Positions 1-22,952 of a stretch of DNA of 64,000 nucleotides are shown here, one piece after another (the stretch's first letter is position 1; each line of letters begins with the position of its first letter). Origin of the DNA: Amoebidium appalachense (taxonomy: Eukaryota; Protista; Ichthyosporea). A program made the translations under genes and the position numbers. The stretch spans positions 2,347,527 through 2,411,526 of the forward strand of contig CAVNZM010000017.1 in the NCBI GenBank assembly GCA_963693365.1, in the 5' to 3' direction. The notes under the pieces were generated by a model. That model did not search any database. It was not told the origin of the DNA and saw nothing but the letters and a program-made list of their open reading frames with translations.

Positions 1-11055
<11,055 letters not shown>

Positions 11056-11594
11056 GACTATAATAATGCTTGTATATAGCCTATGATATCATGATTGAGC
11101 ATATGTAGGCTATTTTAGCTCGTATATCTAGTTTTACATACAAGATTCAAAAGACTTCTCGCTCGAACCGTCTCGAGCGGAGTCCTGGGCACCTCGATTT
11201 TCTTATCTATTTATAGTAATGAAGGATTGGCTAGGATTCAATGTCGTCCTGAGCAGCCCGACAGCCTGCCTGGCGTTAAATCCTGAGATAGACCTGCTTG
11301 TGATTGGATCCGCGGCTATGACGGAATGACATGGGCCGCATGGGGTTCACACAAAGAACGTTCCTTACACAAACCGCTACAAAACTTAAAAACACTAATA
11401 TAATTAGTGCACGACGTCAAAATCTCGGAAGTTTTATATTATGATATCGATATATTAACAGGTGACGTATTATGTATGTTTTAGCCACAAATGAATCAAC
11501 ATCACCAGCAGAGTTCGATATTACCCAAAAACGTTTGGTAATTTACCAAACTTTTTAAACGATTTCCCAAAGATCGTGCAAGGGAATGATACAG

Positions 11595-11652
<58 letters not shown>

Positions 11653-11862
11653 ACAGTTAGCTGCAGCCCCTACTTATGCATGTACTCGTGATAAAACAGC
11701 ACGGTGTCGATAAGTCTCAAAATCATCGATTCTGTGTTGAGCGCGAAAGGCATACAAAACATACGATTCGGAAATTCTCCAAATTTAAAATTTTCGGGCT
11801 GGCGCCCGACCGCGGGACTCGCCCTAGGGTCACACCATCCCGTCTGATGCGTGCACGTGTAC

Positions 11863-11904
<42 letters not shown>

Positions 11905-12188
11905 TTTCACATCCTCCCCTCCCCTCCCCTCCTTGCCTATCGGGGCCCCTCCGGGCCCCTCCCTCCGGATCCCCGGCCGGCCCCTCACCCACTTCCGGAT
12001 CCTAGCTAGGCCTGGCACCCGGCCACTAACTCAGCGCACAGATCTGCGCACTCTTCGCCAAAAAACAACTTCACACAGGGACTTCCGGGGAGGGAGGGAG
12101 GGAGGGAGGGAGGAGAGGGGGGGGGGGGGGGGGGACGGTCGAGGGTTTTACCAAAGTTTTTTTTTTTGGCGATTACCAAAGAACCAGT

Positions 12189-12228
<40 letters not shown>

Positions 12229-12645
12229 AATTTGAAACTAAAATTCGAACCCTGATCACCAGTAAGCCAGAAACATGCTTTTGTTTTTCTAATGGCGAAA
12301 GATCATGCATGTGGCATAAAGTTATGCAGAGGAGTGTAAGCCGAATAGACCGGACCTTGTGTAGTTCAGCTTTATGATTGTTTAGCTCATAAATAGCTTT
12401 GATACCGCATAAAAACTTTAATTGTGGGACACTTCACAACCCGAACGAGTGCTTGAGCACGTTTTCCCTGGGAGAGGAGGCGTACAGGTTCCCACAATCG
12501 AGAGAAACGGTCTGTCGCAGCTGTACGTACAGCAATCACCTCTGAAACCCTAAATCGACCTATGCCATGTGGGCGCGAGCGCATCACCGAATGTGCCGGC
12601 CGACCGGGACGGTCCCGCCAACCCATAGGCTATACATATATATAT

Positions 12646-12841
12646 GGGGTTTACGCTGTTTACTCGAGGCAAAGAGAACCAGTCTCAGGTATGGGGGGGG
12701 GGGGTTTTGCTCGGAATATCCCCTCAGCGGTATATCATGATCACGTACATAGATGTCGGGTGGTGACTATATATCAGGGTTTACTTTCTCTACGAGACAC
12801 CATAAAGACTACAAGGAGAAATCAATTAGTTGGGGTTCCCC
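12646..12841 (+). ncRNA. Candidate ~190-nt structured ncRNA or SINE-like repeat (GGGG...CCCC followed by a T-run), copy 1
   Basis: Homologous to the reverse complement of 24957-25141; several hairpins with G-U pairs on this strand; ends in oligo(T). Confidence 0.4.
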
Positions 12842-12889
<48 letters not shown>

Positions 12890-12960
12890 GGGCTCCCCTC
12901 GGGACACTCGGTATCAGCTGGTTGTGTGTGTGTGTGTGTTTGTGTGTGTGTGCGCGTGCG

Positions 12961-15900
12961 CTATAATTTTGTAGTGATGTGTTTCTCAAGCCAATCAATA
13001 CATCTAATAAACAGGTCGTAGTTACGCGTGTTTAGTATAAAATCAAGGATGTTGTAATTTACAGGTAGGCTATCTTTCTGGGTGTCTGTTGTGAATGTGA
13101 CGTGTGTGTGTTGCGGTATTATGTGGTCTATCAAACTACATTTGGCGATACATGACCGGTTAAACTGGTGTGTGTGTGTGTTGTTTGGGCATGCAAATGA
13201 TGCCACCTTATACTTATTAGATCTCCACTGTATAGCACGTGTACAGTAAAAGCGTGGTAATTGATCAATAATACCATCAGCTAGAGAAAGACCAGTTCTA
13301 CAGGAAGGTAATATGTATTTAGGTGTTATACACTTGCGAGTGCCATATTTGGCAATATGGTTGAGGCGGTCAGTATATATAAAACGAGACATAAGGCTTA
13401 GTTTTTCAAGGTGTATGCTTTCATCGGGTCTAGTGTCGTGTGGTATCTTTTTCCATTTGTTATATTGCGTGATTATCTTGTGATTGTGTACATGTTTAAT
13501 AAGTAAGTGGCAGTCCAAAGTCACACACACACTATTGCGGGGTTTATTTGTATTTGTGCCCAGGGGAGAAGGGGAGAGAGAGGGGAGGAAAGAGGGGAGA
13601 GGTGAGGAGGGGACAGGTCGGATAGAGAAGAGAGGGTGGGAGGGCAAATACTTCTTTAAGCGGCTTATGTGCTTATTGAATTTCAGCGCGAGATAGGATA
13701 CTCTAGCAGCTATTGGGACCAGACCATATATCGAGAGCGTTACAGGCCCAGGTTTACAACAGTTGTTAGATAGAAAGGAGGCAACTTCTGCTTCAAGGAA
13801 ATTTGCCAAGGGTTTAAGCGCTCTAGTTCTCTCTTTCTTGATCCAAGCGGCGAGAAGGGGTAAACCATATTCACATGCCGGGAAGACAAAAGTGCGAATA
13901 AATGTAAGTCTAATAGAAGGATGGAGGGGTGTGTCTTTAAAAATATTAGCCGAGAAGAAAGCTAACCGCTTACGAGCCAACTCTACCCTCTTTTCGACCA
14001 TATGGGGAAACATAACACCAACAGAATCAACCGGAACACCAAGATATTTGTATTCTGGAACTATAGGTACAGGTTTAGATGATAATGTAAATGTGTGTAA
14101 ATTGTTAGCTATATCAGGTACAAGAACACCACATTTGTCTATGTTAAGGATCATAAGGTTTGCCTTGCACCACTCTGACACTACATCGAACAATCTTTGC
14201 AGGCGTCTAGGGGTACGGGCAAGGAGGGACAGATCATCAGCATAGAGAAGTGCAGGCGGAAAGTTATTAATAGGGTCATCGTTTTCGGCGTAAATCTTGA
14301 CAGCCAAATCATCTATAAATAGGTTAAACAAAAAGGGGCTAAGCAATGAACCCTGCAAGAGACCTCTAGTACGAGCAAAACCATATGAAAGATGCCCATT
14401 AACCACAGCTCTACCATAGGTTTGAGACAAGAGTGCTTCTAACAGAACACCAATGCAGTGTGGTACACCCCGTGCAGCAAGCTTTTCCCATAGGAGACCA
14501 GGGGAGACAGAATCGTAAGCAGTTTTCCAATCAATAAAGCCAACATATTGTGCACCAACTTGCATAGAATCGTGCAGTGCCATTATTTGAACATAACATG
14601 AATTGTTTTTACGAAAAGCGGATTGGCATGGGTGTATGTGAAGAATAGATTGAAACCTAGGGTGATGTGCAAATAACCTAAGTAAGCAAGCTTCAAAGAA
14701 TCTACGAACAACCTGGGTTAGTGTAATGGGGCGAAAGGATGATATGGGGCCCTCAGAGTCCTTCTTAACTATGGGGATCACTAAGGTATCTAACCAAGAT
14801 GACGGGACATGTCCACATTTAACACACCAAGAAAAGAGAGAGCTTAACATGATAGTAAGATCAGGTTTAATAGCACGATCACTTTCCTTTTGTGGGTAGG
14901 AGGGAACAAGGATTTTAAGAAACCCAGCAGGGAGTCCATCAGGTCCACAAGACTTACTAGAGCTATAACTAGATATCACAGACCATATGGCATCGGGACT
15001 GAAAAAGGGGAGGATCGATTCTATGGGGATAGATGGGTCTACAGGCCACACAATAGGTTTCTGAGCGGGGGTCCTATCTTTAAACAGTTCCGAGAAATAC
15101 TTATCAGAGTCTATGAGGGGGTCTCCAGTGGTATCACCAATAATACGAGCAGGGGGGCCAAATCGATTCATACTAGCAAGCCGGCGCAAGCTTTCCTTTT
15201 GAGACAGGGGTTCACCTAGTCTAGCGGGAGTGGTGTTTGGTAACAAGAGAGCATCGGGGTATTCCTTCCTACCACCGCCAGCATAATCACCGAGATCTAT
15301 CAAATCATCAACAATAAAGTTAGTGCATGTATCTAGTACGAGATGTGAATCTGGCCTGGCTTGTGCAGATTCTAATAGGCGCATATATATAGGGTGTTTC
15401 GTAGCATAGCATACACATACATCAACTCTACCCCACTGTGACTTAAGCTGGGATAGACGGAGGTGAAAGGTGGGAGGGGGGAGGGGGGAGCAGATCAAGG
15501 GAGATCTTAGGTAGGAAAAGGATAGGAGAGTGGTCAGATGACCTAGAGAGGTTAGGAGGGAGAGAGAGTTTTGACATGGTTGATGGCCAAAAGGCCACTC
15601 CCCAGTCGGTGTTGTGGGCATGGGATATTTGAGGGAACCGCAAAGTGTGACTTTGGACATACCTTGCTAAAGGGATAGCACGCTCCGGGGGCTTAGATGG
15701 GTACCCGACACTCACTTGCAGTGTGTCTGTGTGGTGGAGTCGCGTGTTAAAATCACCTAAAATAACAGTGGACATTGGTAACTGTGACAACTCGTGAGTC
15801 AATTCGACAACCGACATAGATGGTGGGTAATATACAAAAGTAAAAAACATTAGAAAGAAACTCTATAGAAACCGAGAATTCCGTTTTTGCTACCGGTTTG

Positions 15901-16156
15901 CACTTCACTCTCACGTGTGGTGCGGCAAGTACAATAATGCCTCGGTTTTTCGCGTAACCGGGGTGTGTGGATGTGTCGACCAATGTAGAGTTGAATTTGT
16001 GGTGGTTTTTAAACTGTGTTTCGCAAATCACTGTAAACGTGTGGTTGTTTGTCTGTTGTTGTATGTAGCTGATTTTATCGTCGAGTGTCCCGGGGGGAGG
16101 CCCTTTTGGGGGCCCAGTGTCCGAGCATTCCAGAAGAAGAAGGATAAATTAGGCAT
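12961..16156 (-). CDS. LINE ORF2: APE endonuclease + reverse transcriptase; about three frameshifts in the endonuclease part, RT part open
   Basis: Starts MPNLSFFFWNARTL at 16156 (WN motif), then ICET, VYYPP, VILGDFN and SDH spread over different frames. RT motifs GPDGLP, FRPITL, FIDWKTAYDSV, GLLQGSLLSPFLFN, LLYADD and YKYLGV lie in ORF 12961-15660. Confidence 0.9.
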
Positions 16157-17333
16157 CGGTTTGGTCCGACACCTGTGGGGTTGGTTCCCACTTGTCGCTT
16201 ACGGGGTCGTATGCACGACCTTCCGCCAGCGCGAACAGTTCGCAGAAGAGCTCGATTTCCATCTCGCATCGGCGTTTGCGCTCGAGCAGTTTCTCACCAG
16301 AAAACATTGGTTCCTTCGTGTCCGTGTCTATCACGCTCGTAGCATCGTTTTCCAACTTTGCGAGGAACTCTTTTGCCTTGCTGATGCGTACACGACAACG
16401 TGTGGCGCACGCATTCTTAGCAGACACTTTACGTTCTTTGTCTGCTTTCTGAATGTTTTCCGGCGCGCATGGGTCGTAGCTTGGGAGGTGGGTGAAGAAG
16501 CTTCCACACCCCTTTGTCGCGTCACGGATGAACGCACGGTTATAGTCGCCCCGTACTGCTACTTCCAGCACATCGTATCCAATGAAGGACAGACAAAGGA
16601 TGCGAGAGCACCGGAAGCCGAGAGCCTTGAAGATGGACCACATGGCCCTGTGTGGGCGTCTGCCGTGCTTGACTTTGAAATACACCCTCTCGTATTTGGG
16701 TGGGATGTTGATGTTACCGTTTGCTTGGGTGTTCCCCTTAGCCGGCGGTTTGGGAGGGGAGTTGCGGCGGTACTCGTTGCCTGCAAGAATGCTGGCATAT
16801 GTTTCCTTGGCAATTTGGCGGAGCTCGGGTGTTTTACGAGAGTTCGCATATTCTAGGAACTCTGCCGGGAGCTGTGCTTCCGGTCCTGTGTTGTTTTGTG
16901 TTGGGGTGGAAATGTCTCCGTCGCGAGATGTTTGCTCATGAGTTTTGGGGTTTTGCGATCCACTAATGTTTAGCTGGGCTGTGAGTGAATCAATGGTGAG
17001 CTTGAGTTGGGTATTTTCTGTTTGGAGTTTTTCTATCATGTTCTTGAGTGGTAACAGCTCATTTAGCTGTTTCTTAACGAGGGCAAGTTCTGCCAGTACT
17101 GTATCAACCGAAAGTTTCGGCATGGTTGTTATTGTGTTTCTACGGAGTGGTGTGGTGTTATTCTGAATGGGTAGTGTATTGTAAATAGGTGTTGCGCTTA
17201 GTCTAAGGCGATGTTTTTCTGGTTGTGCATCTGTGGTAGGTGTATCTGCTGGACGTTTTAATGGTCGCACATGTGTGATGGGTGTAGATGGAACTTTGAA
17301 AGAGGTTCTGAAACGATTATAGGCATGTGCCAT
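16149..17333 (-). CDS. LINE ORF1 (coiled coil plus probable RNA-binding domain), 394 aa
   Basis: Intronless ORF directly upstream of ORF2, with heptad segment LAELALVKKQLNELLPLKNMIEKLQTEN; its stop overlaps the ORF2 start (GATGCCTAA). Confidence 0.8.
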   Translation of the reverse strand: MAHAYNRFRTSFKVPSTPITHVRPLKRPADTPTTDAQPEKHRLRLSATPIYNTLPIQNNTTPLRRNTITTMPKLSVDTVLAELALVKKQLNELLPLKNMIEKLQTENTQLKLTIDSLTAQLNISGSQNPKTHEQTSRDGDISTPTQNNTGPEAQLPAEFLEYANSRKTPELRQIAKETYASILAGNEYRRNSPPKPPAKGNTQANGNINIPPKYERVYFKVKHGRRPHRAMWSIFKALGFRCSRILCLSFIGYDVLEVAVRGDYNRAFIRDATKGCGSFFTHLPSYDPCAPENIQKADKERKVSAKNACATRCRVRISKAKEFLAKLENDATSVIDTDTKEPMFSGEKLLERKRRCEMEIELFCELFALAEGRAYDPVSDKWEPTPQVSDQTDA

Positions 17334-17523
17334 GACATGGATGGGGGTGTTCCCCGGCCCTTAGGGCCACGGATGGCCTGGTTTAGGGGTGGATGCGCGA
17401 AGGATACTATTTATTAGCAGATAATAAAGAGCGACATTTGAATCGATGTGTGCGACTGAATCCACCCCATATTGGTTGCTGAATTCGAGCTCGAAATGCG
17501 AATTCGAGCTCGAAATATATATT

Positions 17524-18063
17524 GGTTCGATTCGTGGAAAAGCCAGATTGCCAGATTGCCAGAATGCCAGAATTTTGATGGCATTCCAGAAAGGCTAGAT
17601 TTCGGTCCGGTTCTTGTAGAGCTAAAATCTAGCTTTTTGGGTCAAGAAGGCACTTGCCATTTTGCGCGGTAATAGAATATCTTGGCTTATCTTAATGAAC
17701 AATAATAGTTTTGAAATATTATTTAAATAATTTTTATTTTGTTAAATGGGCATTTATTACCAAGTTTTATGCATTTTTGAAAAGCTATACTAATAAGGCA
17801 AAACGCCTAGGATTGGATACGAACTTTATATGGTGCTGGCGTGGCCAATCGTAAGGCGCAGGGTCAATCTGGCAATCTGGAAAGGGGGGGGGGGGGGGGG
17901 GTCGCCAGATTCTGGAATCTGGAAGAGGGGTCAAATTGAATCTGGCCTTAAAATTTTGTTTAAATTTTACGTTCCGATTCGATTGATCGACGAATAACCA
18001 TTTTTGGCGAGGCGGTTTTTAATCTGGCAATCTGGCAATCTGGCTTTTGACACGAATCGAACC
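17524..18063. mobile_element. MITE (non-autonomous DNA transposon), ~40-bp TIRs, 3-bp TSD ATT
   Basis: Left end GGTTCGATTCGTGGAAAAGCCAGATTGCCAGATT, right end AATCTGGCAATCTGGCTTTTGACACGAATCGAACC. ATT at 17521-17523 and 18064-18066; AT-rich core; subterminal GCCAGATT repeats. Confidence 0.85.
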
Positions 18064-18552
18064 ATTGTAGGCTAAAACCTGTAGATAAGGGATTCGAGGT
18101 GCCGGGGGTCGGGTCGGGAGTAATTGAGAGACTTGCTTACGTGACGTAATTTAGTGGCCTCCAGCAAGCGTTTCAATTGGTCGACGTAGTTACTGAACAG
18201 ATGAAGGTAGCAGGATGTCATGACATTTAGCCAATGAGCATCTAGAAAATCCAAGAATAAAAGACAGGCTCTGCCAAAAGCCACACGGTGACACGAGGCA
18301 AACACCAACTCTTTCCACATGCAAAGGCACGTGTACACCAATGTGACAACTTGAAACACTGAACAGAGCCCCGGGGTGCGGGGGTTTACCAAATGGCCTC
18401 GAGATTTATTATGGGCAAACCCTCTCCTTTCTGACAGTGTGTTCAGCGGTGCTAAATACACGAGGCTCAGTCTCGGATACGGTGATGTGTGGGGAGGCCG
18501 GGGAGGCCGGACTAATATGTGTATTAGTAAGTTCATGTAGTTTGAACGTGCT

Positions 18553-18584
<32 letters not shown>

Positions 18585-19007
18585 ATTCGGACGGCCGGTA
18601 TGCTTGCTGGGTACACCTTGCTCAGAATTCGAAATCAAAGTAGAATTCGAAGGTGTCATTGTGCGCATTCGTGGAGGGATATCGTGCATGTGTGTTCTAG
18701 CCATAGGTCAACTGCCTAGTACGAATACATACATACTACACGGATTCTACAATAATTATGCATATGGTTGTAAAAACGGTGCTGTCCGTCATACTACCTG
18801 CTCAATCAATAACTCTACCACAACTCAATACTAATAAAAAAAACACAGCTACTTTGAACTAACCCATAAGTACCTCAGAGTCCTGTAGAGCCGTAACTGT
18901 GTTACCACAATAAACATGCTGCAATCTGTTTAAAAAAACACCCTTTAAAGTTTTGCATTCTAATTGATAACCTCAAGCACATTTGCTTTGGAAGCACAGG
19001 AATAGTC

Positions 19008-19850
19008 CTAGTTGCTCTCAACCGTACTCTCATCTCTCTCATAAAGCATGGCGAGCTCAAGCTTCAACTTTTCGTTCTCATCCAACATGCGCATGTAGTT
19101 CAAATACATACTCTGGCTGTTTCTTTTCTCGCTGTTGTATGCTGCCTCCGCCTCCTTCGAGGCCTTGCTTAGTTTTTGCACCTTTTCTTTCAGCGAAATG
19201 ATCTGCTGGCGCATGTTCTCGTTGTATGTCTGGATGCTAGTCTCGATCTGCGTTCTTGTTTGAAGTTCATTCTCCAACTGCGCGAGCGATGCAACAGTTC
19301 TCTCGAGCTCATGTGCTAGTTCCATCCTGTGCCTATTCTTTGCTTCCAAGCTTGCTTTAAGCTCACTAATCTGCGTTTGCAACATGACCACCTGATCTGC
19401 TGTTCTCAGGGTCTTCTTGCCGCTTAGCTGCTGTCGTTCCAACTCTGGTTGCTCGGCAAAAACCAGACTAGTAGTAGAGCGCATGGTTCCAAACTTGTCC
19501 CCAGACATGATAAAACTTCCGGTAGAATGCATCGTTCCCAGATTAGAGTACCCTGTTTCATCCGCTGTGGTAAAGGATGCTTGAGAGGCCGTGCTCGGGC
19601 GCCCGCTCATAGACAGCCGTCTGAGGAGGCTGGTGACTGAAGAAACCCGTGAGCGCCGGGGTTCTACTGCGGAGGGTGTGCGGGCTGAATTGATGGTAGA
19701 ACCTGTTTTTGTTTCGTTACGTCTGCGCTCTATCACACCTGAAAGGTCCGTGAGCTGAGGTGTGGACACCACGCGGCGCGCTGGGGCGGTGGTGGCTTCG
19801 GTGGTGGTTGCCATGTTTCGTTGTGCACCGATGCGTACCGTAACCAACAT
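19008..19850 (-). CDS. Intronless protein: S/T/R-rich N-terminus plus C-terminal coiled coil (paralog 1); may start at the second ATG (MATTTE, 19814)
   Basis: 280-aa ORF in non-repetitive DNA; heptad repeats; similarity to 21251-22027. Confidence 0.75.
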   Translation of the reverse strand: MLVTVRIGAQRNMATTTEATTAPARRVVSTPQLTDLSGVIERRRNETKTGSTINSARTPSAVEPRRSRVSSVTSLLRRLSMSGRPSTASQASFTTADETGYSNLGTMHSTGSFIMSGDKFGTMRSTTSLVFAEQPELERQQLSGKKTLRTADQVVMLQTQISELKASLEAKNRHRMELAHELERTVASLAQLENELQTRTQIETSIQTYNENMRQQIISLKEKVQKLSKASKEAEAAYNSEKRNSQSMYLNYMRMLDENEKLKLELAMLYERDESTVESN

Positions 19851-20511
19851 TAGTACTCGTCTGCTAATGAAGTCCGTAAAAAGGAAGTGGAAGATTGTGC
19901 GTTTGTAGTTGTGTGCAGGTGTAAACAGGGTAAAGAAAACGTAGGTATGTATGTAAGCAAATTACTATCATCAGCTACTCCCTGATGCGATGTTCCTTGT
20001 TCCATGTACATGCCCTTCACCACGGTGCATGTTCTGTTGTGTACCCTCAAGCTTGATGTTACCGTCACATGTAGACAGTAGGCTGTACACAAAAGAATTA
20101 TAATGAAGCAACGCCAAATTTCCAATTAGTATAAGCCAATCGTAGATGGTGATCTTTAGTGTTTTGATTGTGCGCGGCTTAGAAAGGTGCAAAATACTGA
20201 TTTCATAACATTGATCTACTAGTTTATCTCTTTGTCACGCCGTCACACGTATGCTTGTAAATACTCAAATACACCAACAAAACTTTCGGTATAATAACTA
20301 TATAATGTTTCGAAATTCATCAATATCAACCATCGCCTACGAATAAAAACCCTGAATTCTCTTCAGAGAAAGGGTACATGTTACAAAGGCATCTGGCGCT
20401 TGACGTACCGGGCTACACGTCCCGGCCACGTGCACCCGGCCCTAGCAGGCCTGGGCCGCGCGCATGCAATTCGAATCCCCGGCGGCCGGCCTCCTGATGA
20501 GTGCGCACCGA

Positions 20512-20571
20512 TATTTGGGGCCTAAACCACTATATTAGTATTTGGGGCCTAAACCACTATATTAGTATTTG
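20512..20571. repeat. Perfect tandem duplication of TATTTGGGGCCTAAACCACTATATTAG in the divergent intergenic region
   Basis: Two adjacent identical units read directly. Confidence 0.8.
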
Positions 20572-21250
20572 CTATCCGGATCCCTTGGCACCTGCATGTA
20601 AATTTCTTTTACTTTCTGCTTAACCTTCCCTAGAAAAAGAGGAATTGTGTTTTCTTATTGATCAGCCCGGCACCTGTAGGTGGCGTTTCCGTTGGCACTT
20701 GATCATGCCATGACACCAGCATCACGTCGCATGCGCTTCGCCACGCTTTTGATATTAGCCTTTTTGCCCCTTTCTATTCATCTAGCTTTAGCCAATCATA
20801 TTATTATTGATCTTTGTCCAATCAAATCACGCCCCCGAATTAGCTTAGCAGTTGGCGAGGTTTGTGCTGGCAGCAGCTGCTGGCAGCCCAAGTCTTAGAA
20901 CTGAACGCAGAACATCTCATTATTACTTCTATGTTCGCAAATATTCAAAGACGATGGCAGATTTTTAGAGTCACCTAGCTTAAAGAATCGTTCCAAGTTG
21001 CTTACGCGTGTTGTAAACAGCCTATGTTTAATGAACTGCTGACTGGTTTTTGCGCTCATGTCATGTTTATCCTGAAATTTCCGAGTTTCATGGGGACCTA
21101 ACCCGAATCCATTCGGTTGCGAACACCATCTGATTCAACACGCCTTCAGCACTACTTCTTGACAAACCGCTAAACCACAAATATACGCATACACTAAAAG
21201 AAACGCACGCACGCACACACGCACGCACTTAACCGCGTGCAACCCCAAAG

Positions 21251-22027
21251 ATGGCGTCAGTAGTTCAAAGTCGCCGTTCATCCAACAGCCCTCTCCTCTT
21301 CACAACAGACAAACAACCAACATCAGTTACATCCGCCAGCCAACCCGATCTGGCTCTCAAGCCAACAGAGACTATGAACAGTACAACAACAACCATTACA
21401 CAGGGCACGACAGTGTCACGGAGACCTAGCCGAGCTAGCCTCAGTTCAACCGCAACGAAATTCTGGAGACGAATCAGTGTTGGGTCGACCAGCGGCTTTA
21501 GCGAACAAGGGGACGGGGCTGTGATTATGGAGGAAGGGTCGGGAAAAGTTTCTGTTTTACAGATGAACGGGGAAGAGATTAAACAGCCAGCGCGTAGGCG
21601 TTCAAGCGCAAAACCAAAACAAGTAGTGCAGGACCTTGCTCTGCAGCTAGTCGAGTTACGCAATCAACTCACAGAAGAAGATGAAGTGAGGATAGAAATT
21701 GAGCGAAGCTTACGGGAGGCCGAGTCGAGAATGCAGTTGTTGGAGCAGGCCGTAGAACAAACAACAGAAAAAGCGAACCAGGCAAAAAACGAAAACGAAA
21801 AACTGAAAGGGGAAGGGGAGGCTCTAGTTGGGAAGATTAAGGATTTGAGTGCAACGGTCAAGAAAGTCGAACAAGACGTCGTCACGGAGAGGAGGGCGAG
21901 CGAGACTGTGTACGGGTGGTATATGGGGCTCATGCTGGAAAACGAGGCGATAAGAATGAAGCTGGAGCAGATGAGGGAGGTGGAGGCGTTGAGGTCAAAG
22001 ATTCAGCAGGGTAAGGCCGCAACATGA
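21251..22027 (+). CDS. Intronless protein: S/T/R-rich N-terminus plus C-terminal coiled coil (paralog 2)
   Basis: 258-aa ORF; ERRASETVYGWYMGLMLENEAIRMKL aligns with EKRNSQSMYLNYMRMLDENEKLKLEL of paralog 1. Confidence 0.78.
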   Translation: MASVVQSRRSSNSPLLFTTDKQPTSVTSASQPDLALKPTETMNSTTTTITQGTTVSRRPSRASLSSTATKFWRRISVGSTSGFSEQGDGAVIMEEGSGKVSVLQMNGEEIKQPARRRSSAKPKQVVQDLALQLVELRNQLTEEDEVRIEIERSLREAESRMQLLEQAVEQTTEKANQAKNENEKLKGEGEALVGKIKDLSATVKKVEQDVVTERRASETVYGWYMGLMLENEAIRMKLEQMREVEALRSKIQQGKAAT

Positions 22028-22632
22028 AACACGAAAGATGCTATGGGGAGATGGTGATGAAAGGGGAGGGGGGGGGGGGGAGGACATAGCAAGAGGATGT
22101 CCTTTTTCGCAAGTTCGAAGCACATACTGAATGTTTTAAATGGTTTTGTACAAAGTAGGTCTTAATGGTAGTATGAGTGCATAGTTAACCCGTATGTGGG
22201 TACTAAGTCATCGGTGAAGGTCGCTCTTAAAGAGAGAAGAAATATTAGTAGACAACCTCTGTGCGGTGCATGGAGCAGGGCCACAAGTTGTGGATGGACT
22301 TACTTCCACGAAAAATTGGCTTTTTTTTGCGGAGGGGAGGGGTTTGGGGTGTGTGTGTGTACGTGTGTTGGGTGGTGGTGAGGGGGTGATGTGGTGGTGG
22401 TGGTGGTAGGGGGAGAGGGGGCGGAATGGGGAGGGGGAGGGAAAGGGGGGGGGGGCTGGTTTCGCACGACAAGAAAAGAGACGCAATGGTGTATATCTAG
22501 GATATTGACGTTGTGTTCGAAATTAGGCTCTGGCTGATGTCTGCTATCCCCAACTACGTTGTGCAAATTGCCGCGCAGGCACACACACACAAACACCAAA
22601 CACACGCACGCGTACACGGGGGCGTGTGCACA

Positions 22633-22666
<34 letters not shown>

Positions 22667-22952
22667 CAACGCACACCCAGACACACACTCACCACTCTAG
22701 CCACACAACAAAACACTTTCGAGTGTCACGAGTACGATACAAGCAAGCTCTCTTGTAGCTCGAAATATACATACATGGCATTGTTGAGAAGGCTTCAAGG
22801 GTGTTGCCTAATTAGCCGGAGTTACAGTGACCGTGGCAGTAATCGATTAGTAAAGTTGCTCCAACGTCTCAAGAAAACGATTGCTATGCCTGCCCCCCCC
22901 CCCCCCCCTCCTCCCTCCCCCCTACCCTTCCCTCCCTCCCCTCCCCCCCGAC

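Larger units (their letters stand above)
12843..17430 (-). mobile_element. Non-LTR retrotransposon (LINE) with ORF1, APE endonuclease-RT ORF2, short 3' UTR and poly(A) tail (T-run 12843-12885 on +)
   Basis: Two-ORF layout, RT and endonuclease motifs, A-tail. The 5' boundary is approximate and no TSD was identified. Confidence 0.92.

Noticed and set aside
12646-12841. RNase MRP/P RNA (GGAATATCCCC ... TGGGGTT)
   Set aside because: The resemblance to the CR-I/CR-V motifs is loose, the CCCC is already paired in a local hairpin, and the P1-P3 architecture does not fit.
15915-16856. 313-aa + strand ORF
   Set aside because: Antisense shadow of LINE ORF1/ORF2.
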